A stretch of 64,000 nt of DNA from the human T2T-CHM13v2.0 reference genome, Homo sapiens, in the NCBI RefSeq assembly GCF_009914755.1, contig NC_060931.1; one strand, written 5' to 3'. The notes beneath the pieces were generated by a model. The model saw only the letters and a program-made list of their open reading frames with translations. It ran no database searches and was not told the DNA's origin. Numbering within the stretch: the first letter of the stretch is position 1; each line of letters opens with the position of its first letter. Below, in pieces: positions 21,331 through 42,920 of the stretch. The position numbers were made by a program, and so were the translations under genes.

Positions 21331-22502
21331 CGGATAAATGAAGAAATAATGTCTTCGAGAGGATCCCATGATAGATCATGAACCAAAATAGATAAATGAG
21401 TTATTCTGAGTCTCTGAAAAACTCCTGAGTAGAAACAATGATGTGATTTCAGGGTGCAAAGCTTTGCGTAAGTGACAAGGGAATTCAGGTGGGATTACTC
21501 AGGCAGTAGGGTGAGTCTAGGGAGGGCTGTTTATGAGTTCTGTTGTGCTTGCAATTTTATCTCCTCCTGGCCTCAGTTCATGAAGGCCTTCATGCAAGAC
21601 TTCTCAGAGGGGGGCCTCAGGGACGAGCTGTCCCTGCAGGGACTTGGGTGTAGGATTTTGAGAGATTATTTTCAAACACCTCTTGCAGGCATGTGGGGTT
21701 CCTGAGAATAAGCCTTTCAGGCTGACTTCCGCCCTTTTTGGGGAGTGAGCAGCACCAAGTCTGCCTGGTCAGGAAGAGGTGAATGTGGAAAACCTGATCC
21801 ATCCAACATAGTGTATTTGAAAATGCTGTACTTCAAAATGTTTCTCTATAAAAATGTTATATTGAAATAATAATGGAGATGGACCAAGTGGTCGCCTAGA
21901 TTTGATGAATAAGCAGGCTGTTTATAGCAGTTCCCCACTGGAGTACAACAGTAATGAAGTATGAAGAATACAAACCTGGGTAGACCAGACCCAGACTTTG
22001 ATTTTGTGTTGTTCCCTGTGTCATTTTCCTCAAATGGTCAAAGCTTCAAAAGGCACTTTGGTACCGATTCCATATAGAATGTGTTTTTACTTACATGACT
22101 GAGGACAATACATTTCCCTTCATAGAAGCATTTTTGGGGATGTCCAGGGCCCAGACTGTGAAACAGAACCAGCCATAAAGTAACTGAACAACTCCCGTTG
22201 CACCACATGTCCTGCCGTTCTCCAAATGCATTGTCTGCTCTTATTTGTTGGTGTCTTTGCCCACGCTGTTCCCTGGAACACCCAAATGCCCTTCGTCCTG
22301 GCATGCTTAGCTCTGGGAGGACCTTCTGCAGGAGGCCTTCCTCACCCACTCATACAAAGACAGAGCCCCAAACCACATTTGCGTTTAGTTCAATCGCCAC
22401 ACCTACCACAGTGAACTTCAGTGGTTTTCTCTTCTGGCTTTCCCATTGGACTGTGAGTTTCTTGAAGCCTGTGACTTTGTCTTAATTCTGGGGTTCCTAG
22501 GT

Positions 22503-22643
22503 TATTTTTTTGCATGCCACCACACCCAGCTACGGGGTCTCCCTGTGTTGCCCAGGCTGGTCTTGAACTCCTGGGCTTAAGTAATCCACCCACCTCGGCC
22601 TTCCAAAATGCAGGGGTTACAGGTGCGAGCCATCACACTTGGC
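22503..22643 (-). mobile_element. Old Alu monomer fragment
   Basis: gttgcccaggctggtcttgaactcctgggc. Confidence 0.8.
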
Positions 22644-23046
22644 CCTTGATCCTATTTCTATCCTGTGCATCTAGAATAGCGCCTGTACAGTTTGAGCACA
22701 TTATCGTGTTTATTGAATAGTTGCATGAAGGCTGGAGAGTGTGGATGAATGAATATATAAAAAGATCAGAAAAATGTTACCCCCCAAATTGAAGCTAATA
22801 AAAGAAAAAGAGTGTCAATGACTTTACATATATGCAGAATTTGTACCTATAATGGTTTTTTCCACATCCAGTTGAGACAAGATTATTGCAACGTAATGTG
22901 TATGGAAAGGGGAGTGATCCATCCTGTGACTTGTACTGTGTGTGGCACAAGATTGTGGAATCATGCTGATGAACATCAGAGTTGGGTAGTAGGGATTGAT
23001 TGGTTTAATTCTAGATTTGTGAGAGAGATGTGATCTGTGAACATGA

Positions 23047-23721
<675 letters not shown>

Positions 23722-25839
23722 AGAACACATGAACATTTTGGTCCTTGTTATTTCTTTTAAGCAAAATATTTTTTCTTTTAAAATTGGAGCACAAGGTACA
23801 CCTTAATAAATATGTTTATTTGAAGCATCATTTCATTATTCACGGTTTTTAAATTTTTCATAAAAAATTTTAAAAATAAACCAGCCGTAACACCTCTGAA
23901 GTGGAAGTTACACTGAACCAGGCATTTCATTTCCAGGTGCCTTGGTCTCTTTCATGCATAATTTGTAAAATGATAATAGCCCTTACTAGTATTTACATTG
24001 TAAAAGTGTTGTTACTGTAAATTAGATAGTCTAAAATGGGTTATGATGCCTTCTTTGAAAGACAAGCATTACACACAAATGAGGTATTATTATTTAGTTT
24101 TGCCTTTTCAAGCTCGTTAAATGAGAATTAGATGAAAACTCTGCTTTAAGCAATATTCAGCGGGTAAGTGACTATTGACTTGAGTGAAATGAAAAAAAAA
24201 ATTCTTCAGCTGAAAACTCAGTTTGTACAGCCTTGCCTATCTGTGCACAGGCAGAAATAGTGTATTTATATGTGATGTTTACCAATGTTCTTTATCTCCT
24301 CTCTGTGCTATAATCAAAAACTGAAGACAGTTAAGCCTTTCAGTTCAGTCATTGTATGCGTCTTGGAAAACCTAAGTCATCTGGAATGATTACAACTTAG
24401 AAATAATGTTTCCACGAATCAAGTCATGCTGCTAGCTTTCTTACTGATTTAGGGCCTAAATTAACTGTGCCAGGCCTTCGCTTCCACTCCTGGTTCTTAG
24501 GATGGGGGACCTATTCCTGCAGTGTTTCAGGTTAGTTACCACTAAGGCCTATGTGCACCTCATTATCACCCCCAACCAGGCCCAGGGCTTTCCTATCTTC
24601 TTCCTGGAATACAGGGATAGGATGGCAGGAGAAGGGGTGTTTGGAAATAATATTTGAGGAATTGTGGATATCAGAAATTTCATGGGAAGGTCTGAGGTCT
24701 GAAACAGTACCCTGGGAGGATTCAGGGTAACAGAGAGCCGGTGGTGAGGGACCCATCCGTACAGCATCATTGTGGCCTCTGTGTGGTCTATTGGCTCTAA
24801 CCCATTTTTGGCCCCTGCTCTTGGACTCCCCCCGTCCCTCCCCTCTCATTCAAACCCCTTCTGGTGTCCATCCATTAGGCCTTGACTCACCTTCGCTCCC
24901 CAGGGCCAACCTTCAGCATTGCTTGCAGTTATAGTCATCTGCTTTCCACCTGACCCATTTATTTTGGCTTCTGGATTTTGCTCCTAGAGAGGCCCCCTGC
25001 TTGGATAGCTGCCTGGCCAGCTGCAGAGCCAGCTGTTTGTTCCAGACTCCAAGGTGACTACACTCCTCTCTTCTCCCTCTGACTGGTCCTGATACATGGG
25101 CTGTGACAAGAAGTGAGAGATAGTGACAGTGTGACAATTGTGTCAGAACAGATTCATCCCTCTGTAGGTCATCTCAGCAGTGGACTGCTCAGAGTTCAGG
25201 TACACATTCATGCTTCACAGTGGGCCATGGACCAGGAAGTCTGTGTGGACCTCAGAGGCCTAGGGACAGGGGTGGGTACAGAAGAAGAGTTAGGAGGAGG
25301 ACACAAAAGGCTAATTTGGTTTGCTCTGCAGTTTTGGCCAAGACCAGTACTGGTTTTTGGGCTACTGTTCAACAGACAGGCCATGTCCTTCAAGAGCATT
25401 GGCAGGAGGTCAGCTGAGCTGACACGCAGGTGGTAAGGGACCTCAGAGATCCTCTGAGGTGAGCCTAATGGTGGCCCACCTTCCTTGCCCTTGCAAGGAA
25501 ATTTAGGGATTATGTCTTCCACTTTTAAGGCAAACTTTTTGAAACAGGTGTCTGCATCCATTGGTTCCATTTACTCTTCAACTCACTCTGACCTGACTGC
25601 TGCCTCCCTGGACCCTGCTCTCTGCCAAACTGGTCAGATATCTCCATGGTACTCACCTGTGGGTGCTTCTTAGTCTTTTTCTTGCTCGATCTCTTGATAG
25701 CATTTGCCTTTGTGGACCACAGCCTACTCCTTGAAACATGCTTTTCCCTTGTTCTCTGGATACCTCACAATTCTTTTTTCCCTACCTCACTGGCTACACC
25801 TTCTCGCTCTTTTTTTCAGGGGTCCTTTCTCTGCTCATG

Positions 25840-26575
<736 letters not shown>

Positions 26576-26579
26576 TACA

Positions 26580-27450
26580 CCATCCTTTATTTAAGCTTTG
26601 GTGTTATTCTGTCTTCTCTCTTTTTCTCTGCTCCTACACACCCTCCCAGGGCATCTCATTCATCTCTGTGAAGTCTCTTGTTGTCTGTCATGTATAGATG
26701 ACTCCTAAATGGATATCCTCCGATTTCTAGATCAAACTGCTTGCTGTTGCTCTGAATGTTCCCCAGTCATCACAAAACAAACACGTCAAAGGCTTAACTC
26801 AGCACCTTCTCTCCAAAATCTCCTCAATTTCCTCTTCATATTTTTGCTGTCTTAGTGAATGATATCCACTATCCACCAAGTTGTCTAAGTCAAAAACCTG
26901 ATCTCCAGTCCGGACTTTGCCCTCTTCAAAACTCCAACATGTAATCTATCACGACTTTCAGTAGATTCTACCTCCTCGAGAATGTGGCTTGTACATTTCT
27001 CCATAATTTGGTGCTGCTCACCTTTCCAGTCTCATCTCTGACCACTCTGAGACTCTCTAAACTACTTTTAGTACTCACATACTCAGCATGCATAATCATT
27101 CATGTTCTTTCCAAAATGTACGTATGTTGTGCCCTCCACCCAAAACAGACTTCCCCACCTCTTTATTTGGTTAACTCCTTCACACCTTGTAAGTGTCTGT
27201 GTACAAGTCACTAACTTCCAATTTTCCCTAAATCTGGGTTAGGTTACCTCCTAGGGCTCTCAGTACTTATCTCTTCATAACACGCTTCTCTATCACAGCT
27301 GACTTTCCTGTTTCTACCGTGCCCTGTCCTGTGAGGTTCCTGTAAGTGCTTACGGGGACCTTATTTTTTCTATTCACCTTTGTATTCCTAACACCAACAA
27401 AGTATTTGGTACAAAAAACAGATGCTCAAGAAATGAATGAATGTGAATGT
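26580..27450 (+). mobile_element. L2 fragment incl. 3' end
   Basis: gatgactcctaaat..; ends gctcaagaaatgaatgaatg. Confidence 0.65.
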
Positions 27451-27486
27451 CAAAGGTATCATTGTGAAAATATAAATTAAATTTCC

Positions 27487-28279
<793 letters not shown>

Positions 28280-28678
28280 TCACATCTGTCCCTTGTGGGC
28301 TTCTTTTCCAGAGTTCCATATCCAGACTCTCAAACCATGTTTTGGGATCATCCAAACATTCCATCCTCCTGACTCCATAAACTATTGGATTCATAACCTG
28401 CTCCATGCTTGAAAACATGGGGATTGGAATTCGGTAAGTGTTGATGTTTTAGTTTTTTCTTTCTTTAGTTGTCAAAAAAGTACTGTACCTATATAGTAAT
28501 GCTTTTCAAATTCTTCTCTCTGGAGTCTTCATCAGAAGATGTGACTGGAGTCCTCACTAGTCTAGTTGTTTTCACAATGTTTGAATATGCTATGTGTACA
28601 AAGAAATGTTGTGAAGTCTTCTGAGGAATTCCATCCTTTCACATTTTCTCCTCTGTTTCATGAGTATTTAAATTCTTT

Positions 28679-29345
<667 letters not shown>

Positions 29346-29698
29346 TGGATTTTGAGAATCAGAAAGACTTGCTGCCCACTCTGGGCCAGTTTAATAATGC
29401 AGGACATGTGTAGTTCAACCATACTCCAAAAACAACTCTGTTTTAGCCATACTGCCTATCGTCAACCCCACTGCATCCCCACTGTCAAATTTCTCTAGCC
29501 CCATAACTGATTTTGTTTTTCATAACACTTCTTTGTTTGTTGTCTACCTCCTTTCCTAGAATGTAAGCATTATGAGGGCAGGCAATTTTTTTGTTCAGCA
29601 CTAGATGCTCAGCACTTGGAATAGTAACTGGTACACAGAAGGCACTCAGTAAATATTTTTTGATTGAATGAATGATGTATTTTAAAAGTTTTTCTTTT

Positions 29699-31420
<1,722 letters not shown>

Positions 31421-31449
31421 GAGTGAGGAAGTGAGGAGAATAGATTTGT

Positions 31450-31860
<411 letters not shown>

Positions 31861-32526
31861 AAGTATAAGGACTTTCACTTCTAGAAAGCCGTTCTTTCCC
31901 ACCTTGAGATCCTATCACTCTAATGAAATAATCAAACCGAGGAGTTTATCTCAAAGGGTGGATGATTCTATAGTACATAGATTCCCTCTATATGTAATAT
32001 GCAGGAACTGTATTAGTCTGGCCATTTGCCACTTGGGTATACTGTATGGAGCCCAGCATAGGACTTGGCACACAGTAGGTGCTTGCTAATTATTTATTAA
32101 GTGAAAAGAATGAACAAATGCAACAAATACAACATTGGCGGGATCTGAAATGACAGAACCTCAATATATTGTGCCTGAAGAAAAGCACATTTCTGGGTGG
32201 TCTACTGAGGACCCTCAGCAAAAGTGATAATCCGTCACTCCCGGCAAAGGCCTTGAGAATTCCTGTGCAATTGTTTGAACAATATTCATTTAAACAAATA
32301 TTTATTGAATACTGGTCCTGTACCAGGTATGTCCAATGTGTGAAGGATGCAGAGGTGAATTGGAGGATGTGCTGTCAGTGGGGGAGAAGACAGGTGGGCA
32401 AATCCTTACAGTACCTTGTGACAAATGCTATAGCAGTTGCGTGTATGTTTTTTAAGTATGATGGAAGCAAAGAACAGAAAGGAAATGATTCTGCTAGGTT
32501 AAAGGAGTCATCTGATATTTGATTAT

Positions 32527-32851
32527 GTTTTATTTATTTATTTACTTTTATTATTATTAATTTTTTTTGAGATAGGGTCTCCCTCTGTTGCCCAGGCTGG
32601 AGTGCAATGGCACAGTCTCAGCAACCTTCATCTCCTGGGTTCAAGCGATTCTTCTCCCTCAGCCTCCCAAGTAGCTGGGATTACAGGCGCCTGCCACCAC
32701 ACCCAGCTATTTTTTTTTTTTTTTTTTGTATTTTTAGTAGAGACAGGGTTTCACCATGTCATGCTAGTCTTGAACTCCTGACCTCAGGTGATCCACCCGC
32801 CTCGACCTCCCAAAGGGCTGGGATTATAGGTGTGAGCCACTGCCCCCAGCC
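32527..32851 (-). mobile_element. Alu (AluS)
   Basis: Reverse dimer; TSD ttgat(t/g)atgt. Confidence 0.92.
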
Positions 32852-32879
32852 GTTGATGATGTCTTAAAAATAGCTTCCA

Positions 32880-33310
32880 CATGTATGTTACTTGAGTTTA
32901 TTCAGTCTTCATAAAGACCATGTGAGATTGTGACCCCTTCTTGTACAGAAGATGAAATAGAGTCTTACAGAGCTTAGGTGAGCTCCCCAGGGTCATATAG
33001 CTAGTAATAATAATTGCCCACATTGATTGAGTGTTTAGAATATCTGCGACTCTGTTCTAAACCATCTTAAGACATTTAATCTTCTAAGGTAGTTATTGAC
33101 ATCATCACCATTTTACAAATAAGAAAACCAAGTCACAAGATTTAAGAGACTTGCCTACAGTCACATAGCTAGAAAGTGGAAAACCAGGATTTCCACCCAC
33201 ACAGTCTGACTTTAGCAGGCAGACACTGATCCACTGCACTAAATTGCCTTGTCTGGTTCCCCAAAGAGCTGGAACTGACACACTTGGACTCTGATTCCAA
33301 GTTCAGTTCT
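32880..33310. mobile_element. MIR copies
   Basis: ccattttacaaataagaaaaccaag..cttgcctacagtcacatagctag. Confidence 0.7.
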
Positions 33311-33537
33311 CTTTCAAGTGACCCTGCTCATTAGCAGATACTGCATCCAAATGAGAAGAAATGGTCATGTGGATACAAGGAGGCTTGTGTAGTTCCTGCA
33401 TCTGTGGTATGGTGCTGTGGTGGGAGGGCTATGGTGAAGTCTGTAACATGCATGAACTTAAGCACTGACAAGCATTATGGCATAAGCTTTAGATTTTCTA
33501 TGTTTTAGGTATTCAGGGTTTTTTCAGGGCAGTCAGA

Positions 33538-33700
33538 TTTTTTTCTTTCGTTTTGTTTTTGAGACAGAGTTTCGCTCTGTTGCCCTGGCTGGAGTGCAGT
33601 GGCATAATTATGGGTCACTGTAACCTGGAACTCTTGGGCTCAAGTCATCCTCCCGCCTCAGCTTCTCGAAGAGCTGGGATTACAGGCATGAACTACCACA
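33538..33700 (-). mobile_element. Old Alu monomer
   Basis: ctggagtgcagtggcataattatgggtcactg. Confidence 0.8.
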
Positions 33701-33986
33701 TCTGCAGAATTTGGCCTGTTCTCCAGGCCAGCATCCTAGGCTCTATGGACTATGACTTGTTACTCATAGGAACTAGCCACCAACACTTACCCTGCAGCCT
33801 TTTGGCTGGTTTAAATTTTTCTAAAAAGAAGACAAGACATAAAACATTAAGAATGAAACAAGTTAAATTCAATACCTATATATTAACAGGAATGGAATAC
33901 CGAAATGGAGAAATAAAGCACATAATTGTTTAAATTGCCCAGCTTTCTCTCCATAATAAAAATTATTGGATTGAAAAACCATTCAG

Positions 33987-34292
33987 GGATGGACACGGTG
34001 ACTCATGCCTGTTCTCCCAACACTTTGGGAGGTCAAGGTGGGAGGATCACTTGAGCCCAGGGGTTTGAGACCAGCCTGGGCAACATAGCGAGACCCTGTC
34101 TCTAAAAAAATTTAGAATTAGCCAGGCGTGGTGGTGCACAGCTGTAGTCCCAGCTACTTGGGAGGCTGAAGTGGAAGAATCACTTGAACCCCAGGAGGTC
34201 AAGGCTGCAGTGAGCCACGATTGTGCAACTACACTCCAGCTTGGGTGACAGGGTGAGACCCAGTCTCCAAAGAAAAAAGAAGAAAAAGAAAA
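33987..34292 (+). mobile_element. AluJ
   Basis: ggaggatcacttgagcccagg..ggtcaaggctgcagtgag. Confidence 0.9.
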
Positions 34293-35797
34293 ATAGTTCA
34301 ATCTAATATTATTGTGCCTTAACAATTAAGTTGGTCTGGCTCTGTGGCGAATCTGAGAAAGAATTGGTTTTTAAAACGAATGAAGGAGTTTCCTTCTTCT
34401 TTAATAATTACTACTTATATTAATGTGGACATGACCTATATGATCGAAGATATTGTGTCTTTAAAATGGCCATCTCTCAGAATTTTTGGAGATTTGGTCA
34501 TTTTAAAATCAGTCGCAGGCTCGGATTTCTGGGGCAGGCGGTGGGGCAGAAAAGGTCAGTGTTGTTTGGTATTCAACGCAGGTGGGGTTTTGGTATGGCT
34601 TGGTTTTTGGCATTTTGTTTTGCCATTTATGGAGATTTAGTAGATTCAACTGATTATCTTGGCCTTTGTGTTTGTGGATTTCTATTTTCTTGGCTTCAGT
34701 TCCTTGGAAACGTTTGTTTTGATGGTGGCAGGAGAGCTGGTTTAGTCATGTTTTATTTTTGTTGTTCCTATTTATTTCTAATATCCTTTACTTCAAGTCC
34801 ACTTACAAAGTATCATGTAACCTGTCTTTATGTCTCCACAAATGAAATGTTCCTAGTAGCAACTCTAGTGTAACCTTATAGGAATAGTTAATTTGATGCC
34901 CAGTTGATGCCCATCGAGATGGTTCTGTAGTATTAGAACAAGGGTATGTTTTGGAAATTATGTTTGAAATTTATCATTGGATTTAGCATTTAGCAAATGA
35001 AATTTCAAGTGTCTGAGATCAACAAGTAGCCATATTCATATAAACATATTTTCCTTTTCATTGCTGAGTCAACAAAAGTTGGAAAATTATTTTCTCACAC
35101 ATATTCCATTCTTCAACTAAACCTGAAGGTAAATTACTTTTAAAAACCACATTCCAAACAAACAGTTTTTCATAAAGCTATGAGTACATGAATAGAGTGG
35201 GCCCCACTGGCATTTGGGATGTACATGTAATTAGAACTCTCAGTTTTTCAAACATGTAATTTACTACAGTTGAGGTTTTTAATTCTTAACTTTGAGTCCA
35301 TTGGGATGAAACAAGTGACCCTTGTTGGAAGTATGTCAAGAATCAACTTTCTCAGGTTGACCTTTAGTTTGCTGGTCATCAAATTAAAACACTGTGTATT
35401 CCCAGGCTTGAAGATGTTGGAAGCTTCCTAAGTTTGTTAAAAGATCAAGGCAGAAGGCTAGCGCTGCTTTGCTGCTGTGAAGAACAGACTTCCCTCTTCC
35501 TTCTCCTTTAAGTTGGTTTCTGCCTGAGAGAGAGCATGCTCCACCTCAGCTGGCCCCGTCTTTGCTCTGATAGTTGCCTTGTACTTGTTTTCGCAACTAG
35601 ATAGATGTCTATCATCCTTTGAACTGATTTGACATCCTTTCTAGTACAAGGCTCAGTACTAGGCACCAAGGACTGTTACAAACGCTCTCAATCACCATTG
35701 TTCATAACTTAAAAGTGGCAACAAAATCTGGAATAACTCAATGACTGCGTGACCTTGAGCAAGCAACTTAATCTCTCTCTAAAATAATGATTTCAAG

Positions 35798-36020
35798 CCT
35801 AGGCAACATGGCAAAACCCTGTCTCTACAAAAAATACACAAATTAGCTGGGCATGGTGGTATGCACCTGTAGTCCCAGCTACTAAGGAGGCTGAAGTGAA
35901 AGGATCCCCTGAGCCCAGGAGGTCAAGACTGCAGTGAGCTATGATGGCACCACTGCACTCCAGCTTGGGTGACAGATGAAGACCCTGTCTCAAACAAACA
36001 AACAAACAAACAAACAAACA
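35798..36020 (+). mobile_element. 5'-truncated AluJ with (AAAC)n tail, inside a MIR
   Basis: Alu body from gcctaggcaacatgg; MIR text on both sides (35740-36110). Confidence 0.85.
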
Positions 36021-37149
36021 ATAATAAAATAGCTATTTCACAAAGTCATTGTACTAAACACTTGGGATTGCATATGAAAATACTTAGCACAAAGCTTGGA
36101 ACATAATTGCAAGTGTAGATTGAGTTTATGTGCAGTATATAATAATCCATGGAAACTCAAATGGACAGATGGACCCAAATCAAAATTGTCTGCTTCTAGC
36201 CATTTGTTAAATCAAAGCTTCACTTTCAAATGAATAACTAAATCTACCCATGATTTCTCTTTAAAGTCTACATTCAGAGCAAAAAAGTGCTTCCATGATA
36301 ATCTGTTCATAGATTTCATAACAGGAGCTGACGAGGGTTTATTTAGGAGAAAACGTGAACAAGCAGAAGAAGGAAGATTAGATAAATAAAATGTCTTTCA
36401 AAATAAATGAAGAAGGGACAATTATCTGATAATAGAACATTCAGATGGTGATGTAATTATAAAATAGACTTGTTTTTGTAAGTGGTTTAAAAAATGTTTA
36501 TTGACCTTAAAGGAATAACTTTTTCATAATTGAATGATAAAACATGCAGTATCTTGTATTAACTAGTAATAAACTACAAATATCCGTTAACTATATTTTT
36601 CTTTAAGTGCATCTGCTGTCATGGCCTTACATTTATTTCAGTGATACAAAAAGAGTGATTTGATTTGATAACTGCCTGTCCTCTCTGCATATCCGAAAAT
36701 CGGAAGGAGCAGCCTTCCCTCTGACTCACTTAGCTGTGAAAATAGGACTCTGCCAAATTACTGGGAACTAACACTGTAGTAAAACCATAAGAAAATTTTG
36801 CTAAGAAACCTTTTCTCATCTGCAAATTACTTGACTGAAACCTGAGGTGCTGGATTTCAGCACAAAGGTGACTTTGGAGGGGAAATTTTGTGCCAAACTG
36901 GATCTGTTGTTTTTGTGTTATGTAAAAAGGAGAAAAAAAATGAACTGTTTACTCCTAAGCTATAAATTTAAGATTATCCTATTACACCAAATGACAGAAT
37001 TTCCAAACCTCAAACCTTACTTTAGAGCTATATTTTCATAAACTATGATCTGTACCCAATCAAAACTAGATGTAATTGAATGTTAAATAATTAGCCTTGC
37101 CCAATTATATTTAAAGAGTACCGGACAAAGTTATTTTATTCACTGCATC

Positions 37150-40460
<3,311 letters not shown>

Positions 40461-41169
40461 GTGACTGATTCACTGCATTAATAGTTATAGACATTTTAGA
40501 CATTTACACTGACATAGTTCTGCCAATCTATGTCAGGTAGAACTGTGCCTTTTTTGTTTTTCCCTTTTTGATGTTCTTATAGAGAAATTTAAAAAATCAA
40601 TAATACCATATGGAAAAATTACACTGCTGTAACATTTTCATATTTACATTAATAACTGTATATTTGGCTCCTTAAAAGTCCTACTTATTTGCCCTTTATA
40701 TCTCAAGAAAATCCTGCGAAGTGCTCCTTTACTTGTACAATTTTATGTGTATATGGAAGAGCTATTTCATCACCAAGCTATTCTGCATTTGAAACGAAGG
40801 AGGAAATAGTTTATCCCTCCATGAAGTGGTATTGACAGGAAGCAATCCACAAAGATTAGAATGGGCTTGTCAAACTTAATGTATTCCTTATAATTAATGC
40901 ACTGAATTATAAATCCTTTAGTTGTAAACATACATATATCGTGAATGTATTAAGATCTGAATTTTTATATCTTTTTGGTAATTTTGGCAGCTATCTTTGA
41001 AATTCCTGGGATTTTTTATTGTAACCTTACCTTCACAGAACTCATTATATGTGAAACTTTATTTTCCAAACATAGTTTAGGAAATTAACTAACTTTGTAA
41101 ACACTATTTTACATGTACCTTCTATATACAACTGAACCATGATTATGAAAGAAAAAAAAAGTAGATTAT

Positions 41170-41340
41170 AGGCAAAATCATAGACTGTTACAGCTAGAGC
41201 GATCTTAAAGATCGTCTGGCCTAACCCCTTCATTTTATACTTTAGAAAACGAAGACAAAGGGCAGTTATGTAACTTCATTAAAGTCATACAGCTACTTTG
41301 TGAGAGTGTGACAAAAACCCAAACTGATATGGTACAGTGT
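41170..41340. mobile_element. MIR/MIR3 fragment
   Basis: aaaatcatagactgttacagctaga..gatcgtctggcctaaccccttcatttta. Confidence 0.6.
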
Positions 41341-41620
41341 CTCCTTTCCACGTCGCTTCTCAGAGTTAGCAAAAGTTGAAGGCAATACGCAAAACCAAAA
41401 ATAATTGTCGTGTTAGGGAAATGGGATTTGGCGTGTCTACCTTCAAAATTTGATTATGTCACTTTTTTGATAAAAATTCTATAGAGAATGGATCAACAAC
41501 TACATTATAAAATTAGGTAAAAGAGCACCTTTGTTATTTGGGAAGCTAGAAATAAATTATGGGTTTTCCAATACTTAGCAGGGATTTGTAGCAATCAAAA
41601 TGCAGACAATCAGTGACTTG

Positions 41621-41697
41621 TTAGGGATGCAAAAGTCATTGCGGGTTTTGCTATTATTTTAATAGCAAAAAATGCAATTATTTTTGCATCAACCTAA
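41621..41697. mobile_element. MADE1 (Hsmar1-derived MITE) palindrome
   Basis: ttagggatgcaaaagtcattgcggg..gcaattatttttgcatcaacctaa followed by TA; about 80-bp hairpin. Confidence 0.92.
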
Positions 41698-41755
41698 TAC
41701 AATAGTTTATCATGATTTTTTGACTTTACAATGGTGTGAAAGTGACATGTATTCG

Positions 41756-41983
41756 ACCAGGCGCGGTGGCTCACTCCTGTAATCCCAGCACTTTGGGAGG
41801 CCAAGGCAGGTGGATCACGAGGTCAGGAGATCGAGACCATCCTGGCAAACACGGTGAAACCCCGTCTCTACTAAAAAATACAAAAAATTAGCCGGGCGTG
41901 GAGGCGAGATCGCGCCACTGCACTCCAGCCTGGGTGACAGAGCAAGACTCTGTCTCAAAAAAAAAAAAAAAAAAAAAAAAAGA
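41756..41983 (+). mobile_element. AluY with internal right-arm deletion
   Basis: ggcgtggaggc joined directly to gagatcgcgcc; TSD aaagtgaca(t/g)g(t/c)attc. Confidence 0.92.
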
Positions 41984-42608
41984 AAAGTGACAGGCATTCA
42001 GCAGGAACCATATGTCAAATTTGGAATCTTCATCTTTTCCTGGGCTAGCGATGTGCAGATACTACTCTCTCGTGAAGCTGGGCCAAATCACCTAACGCAA
42101 AGCCCATTTTATAATAAAGTGTTGAATTTCTCATGTAATTTACTGACTACTGTATTGCAAGTGTTCTGAACATGTTTCAGGTAGGCTCTGCTAAGCCGCG
42201 ATGTGCAGTAGGTTAAGTGTATTACATGCTTTTTTGACTTTTGTTATTTTCAACCTACGATGGGTTTATCAGGACATAACCCCATTGTAAGTTGAGGAGC
42301 ACCTGTACACAGCATCTGAGTGCTTCATGTATGTATTCATAGGCACTGTTTTAAGTACTTTGTTTGCATTATCTTGATGAGTTCTAACCATAATCTCAAG
42401 GACAGAGAGAGTGTGTGACTTGCCCCCAGGTAATCTTAAGAATGTCAGACTCAAGATTTGAACCTAGGCAGTCACAGACACAGTGGGTTATTTGAAGTTT
42501 CAAGCCTCAACTGTCATTGTCGCCGCTACTGAGGGTTGCTGTGGTTGTCTAACTCCCCCCAGCTGTCTTCCTACAGGATCAAATGTTCTACTTGAGAAAT
42601 TCTTACAT

Positions 42609-42920
42609 AGCCAGGCATGATGGCTTACGCCTGTAATCCCAGCACTTTGGGATGCTGAGGCAGGCAGATCACTTGAAGCCAGGAGTTCAAAACCAGTCCG
42701 GGCAACATGGTGAAGCCCTGTCTCTACAAAAAATACAAAAAATAAAATAAAATAAAAATGTAGCTGGGTGTGGCAGTGTGTGCCTATAGTCCCAGCTACT
42801 TGGGATGCTGAGGTGGGAGGATCACCTGAACCCAGGAGGTCAAGGCTGCAGTGAGCCATGTTCACAATACTGCACTCCAGCCCGGCTGACAGAGAGAGAC
42901 ACTGTCTTAAAAATAAAAAA
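42609..42920 (+). mobile_element. AluJ
   Basis: Dimer; TSD aaattcctta/aaattctta. Confidence 0.9.

Larger units (their letters stand above)
41603..42305 (-). mobile_element. MER47 (Tigger5-derived) DNA transposon with MADE1 and Alu insertions
   Basis: End tacgatgggtttatcaggacataaccccattgtaagttgaggagcacctg+ta; other end cagacaatcagtgactt..tttttgactttacaatggtgtgaaag. Confidence 0.8.

Noticed and set aside
36278-36390. Open frame AKKCFHDNLFIDFITGADEGLFRRKREQAEEGRLDK* as a terminal exon
   Set aside because: Weak acceptor, no recognisable homology, no partner exons.
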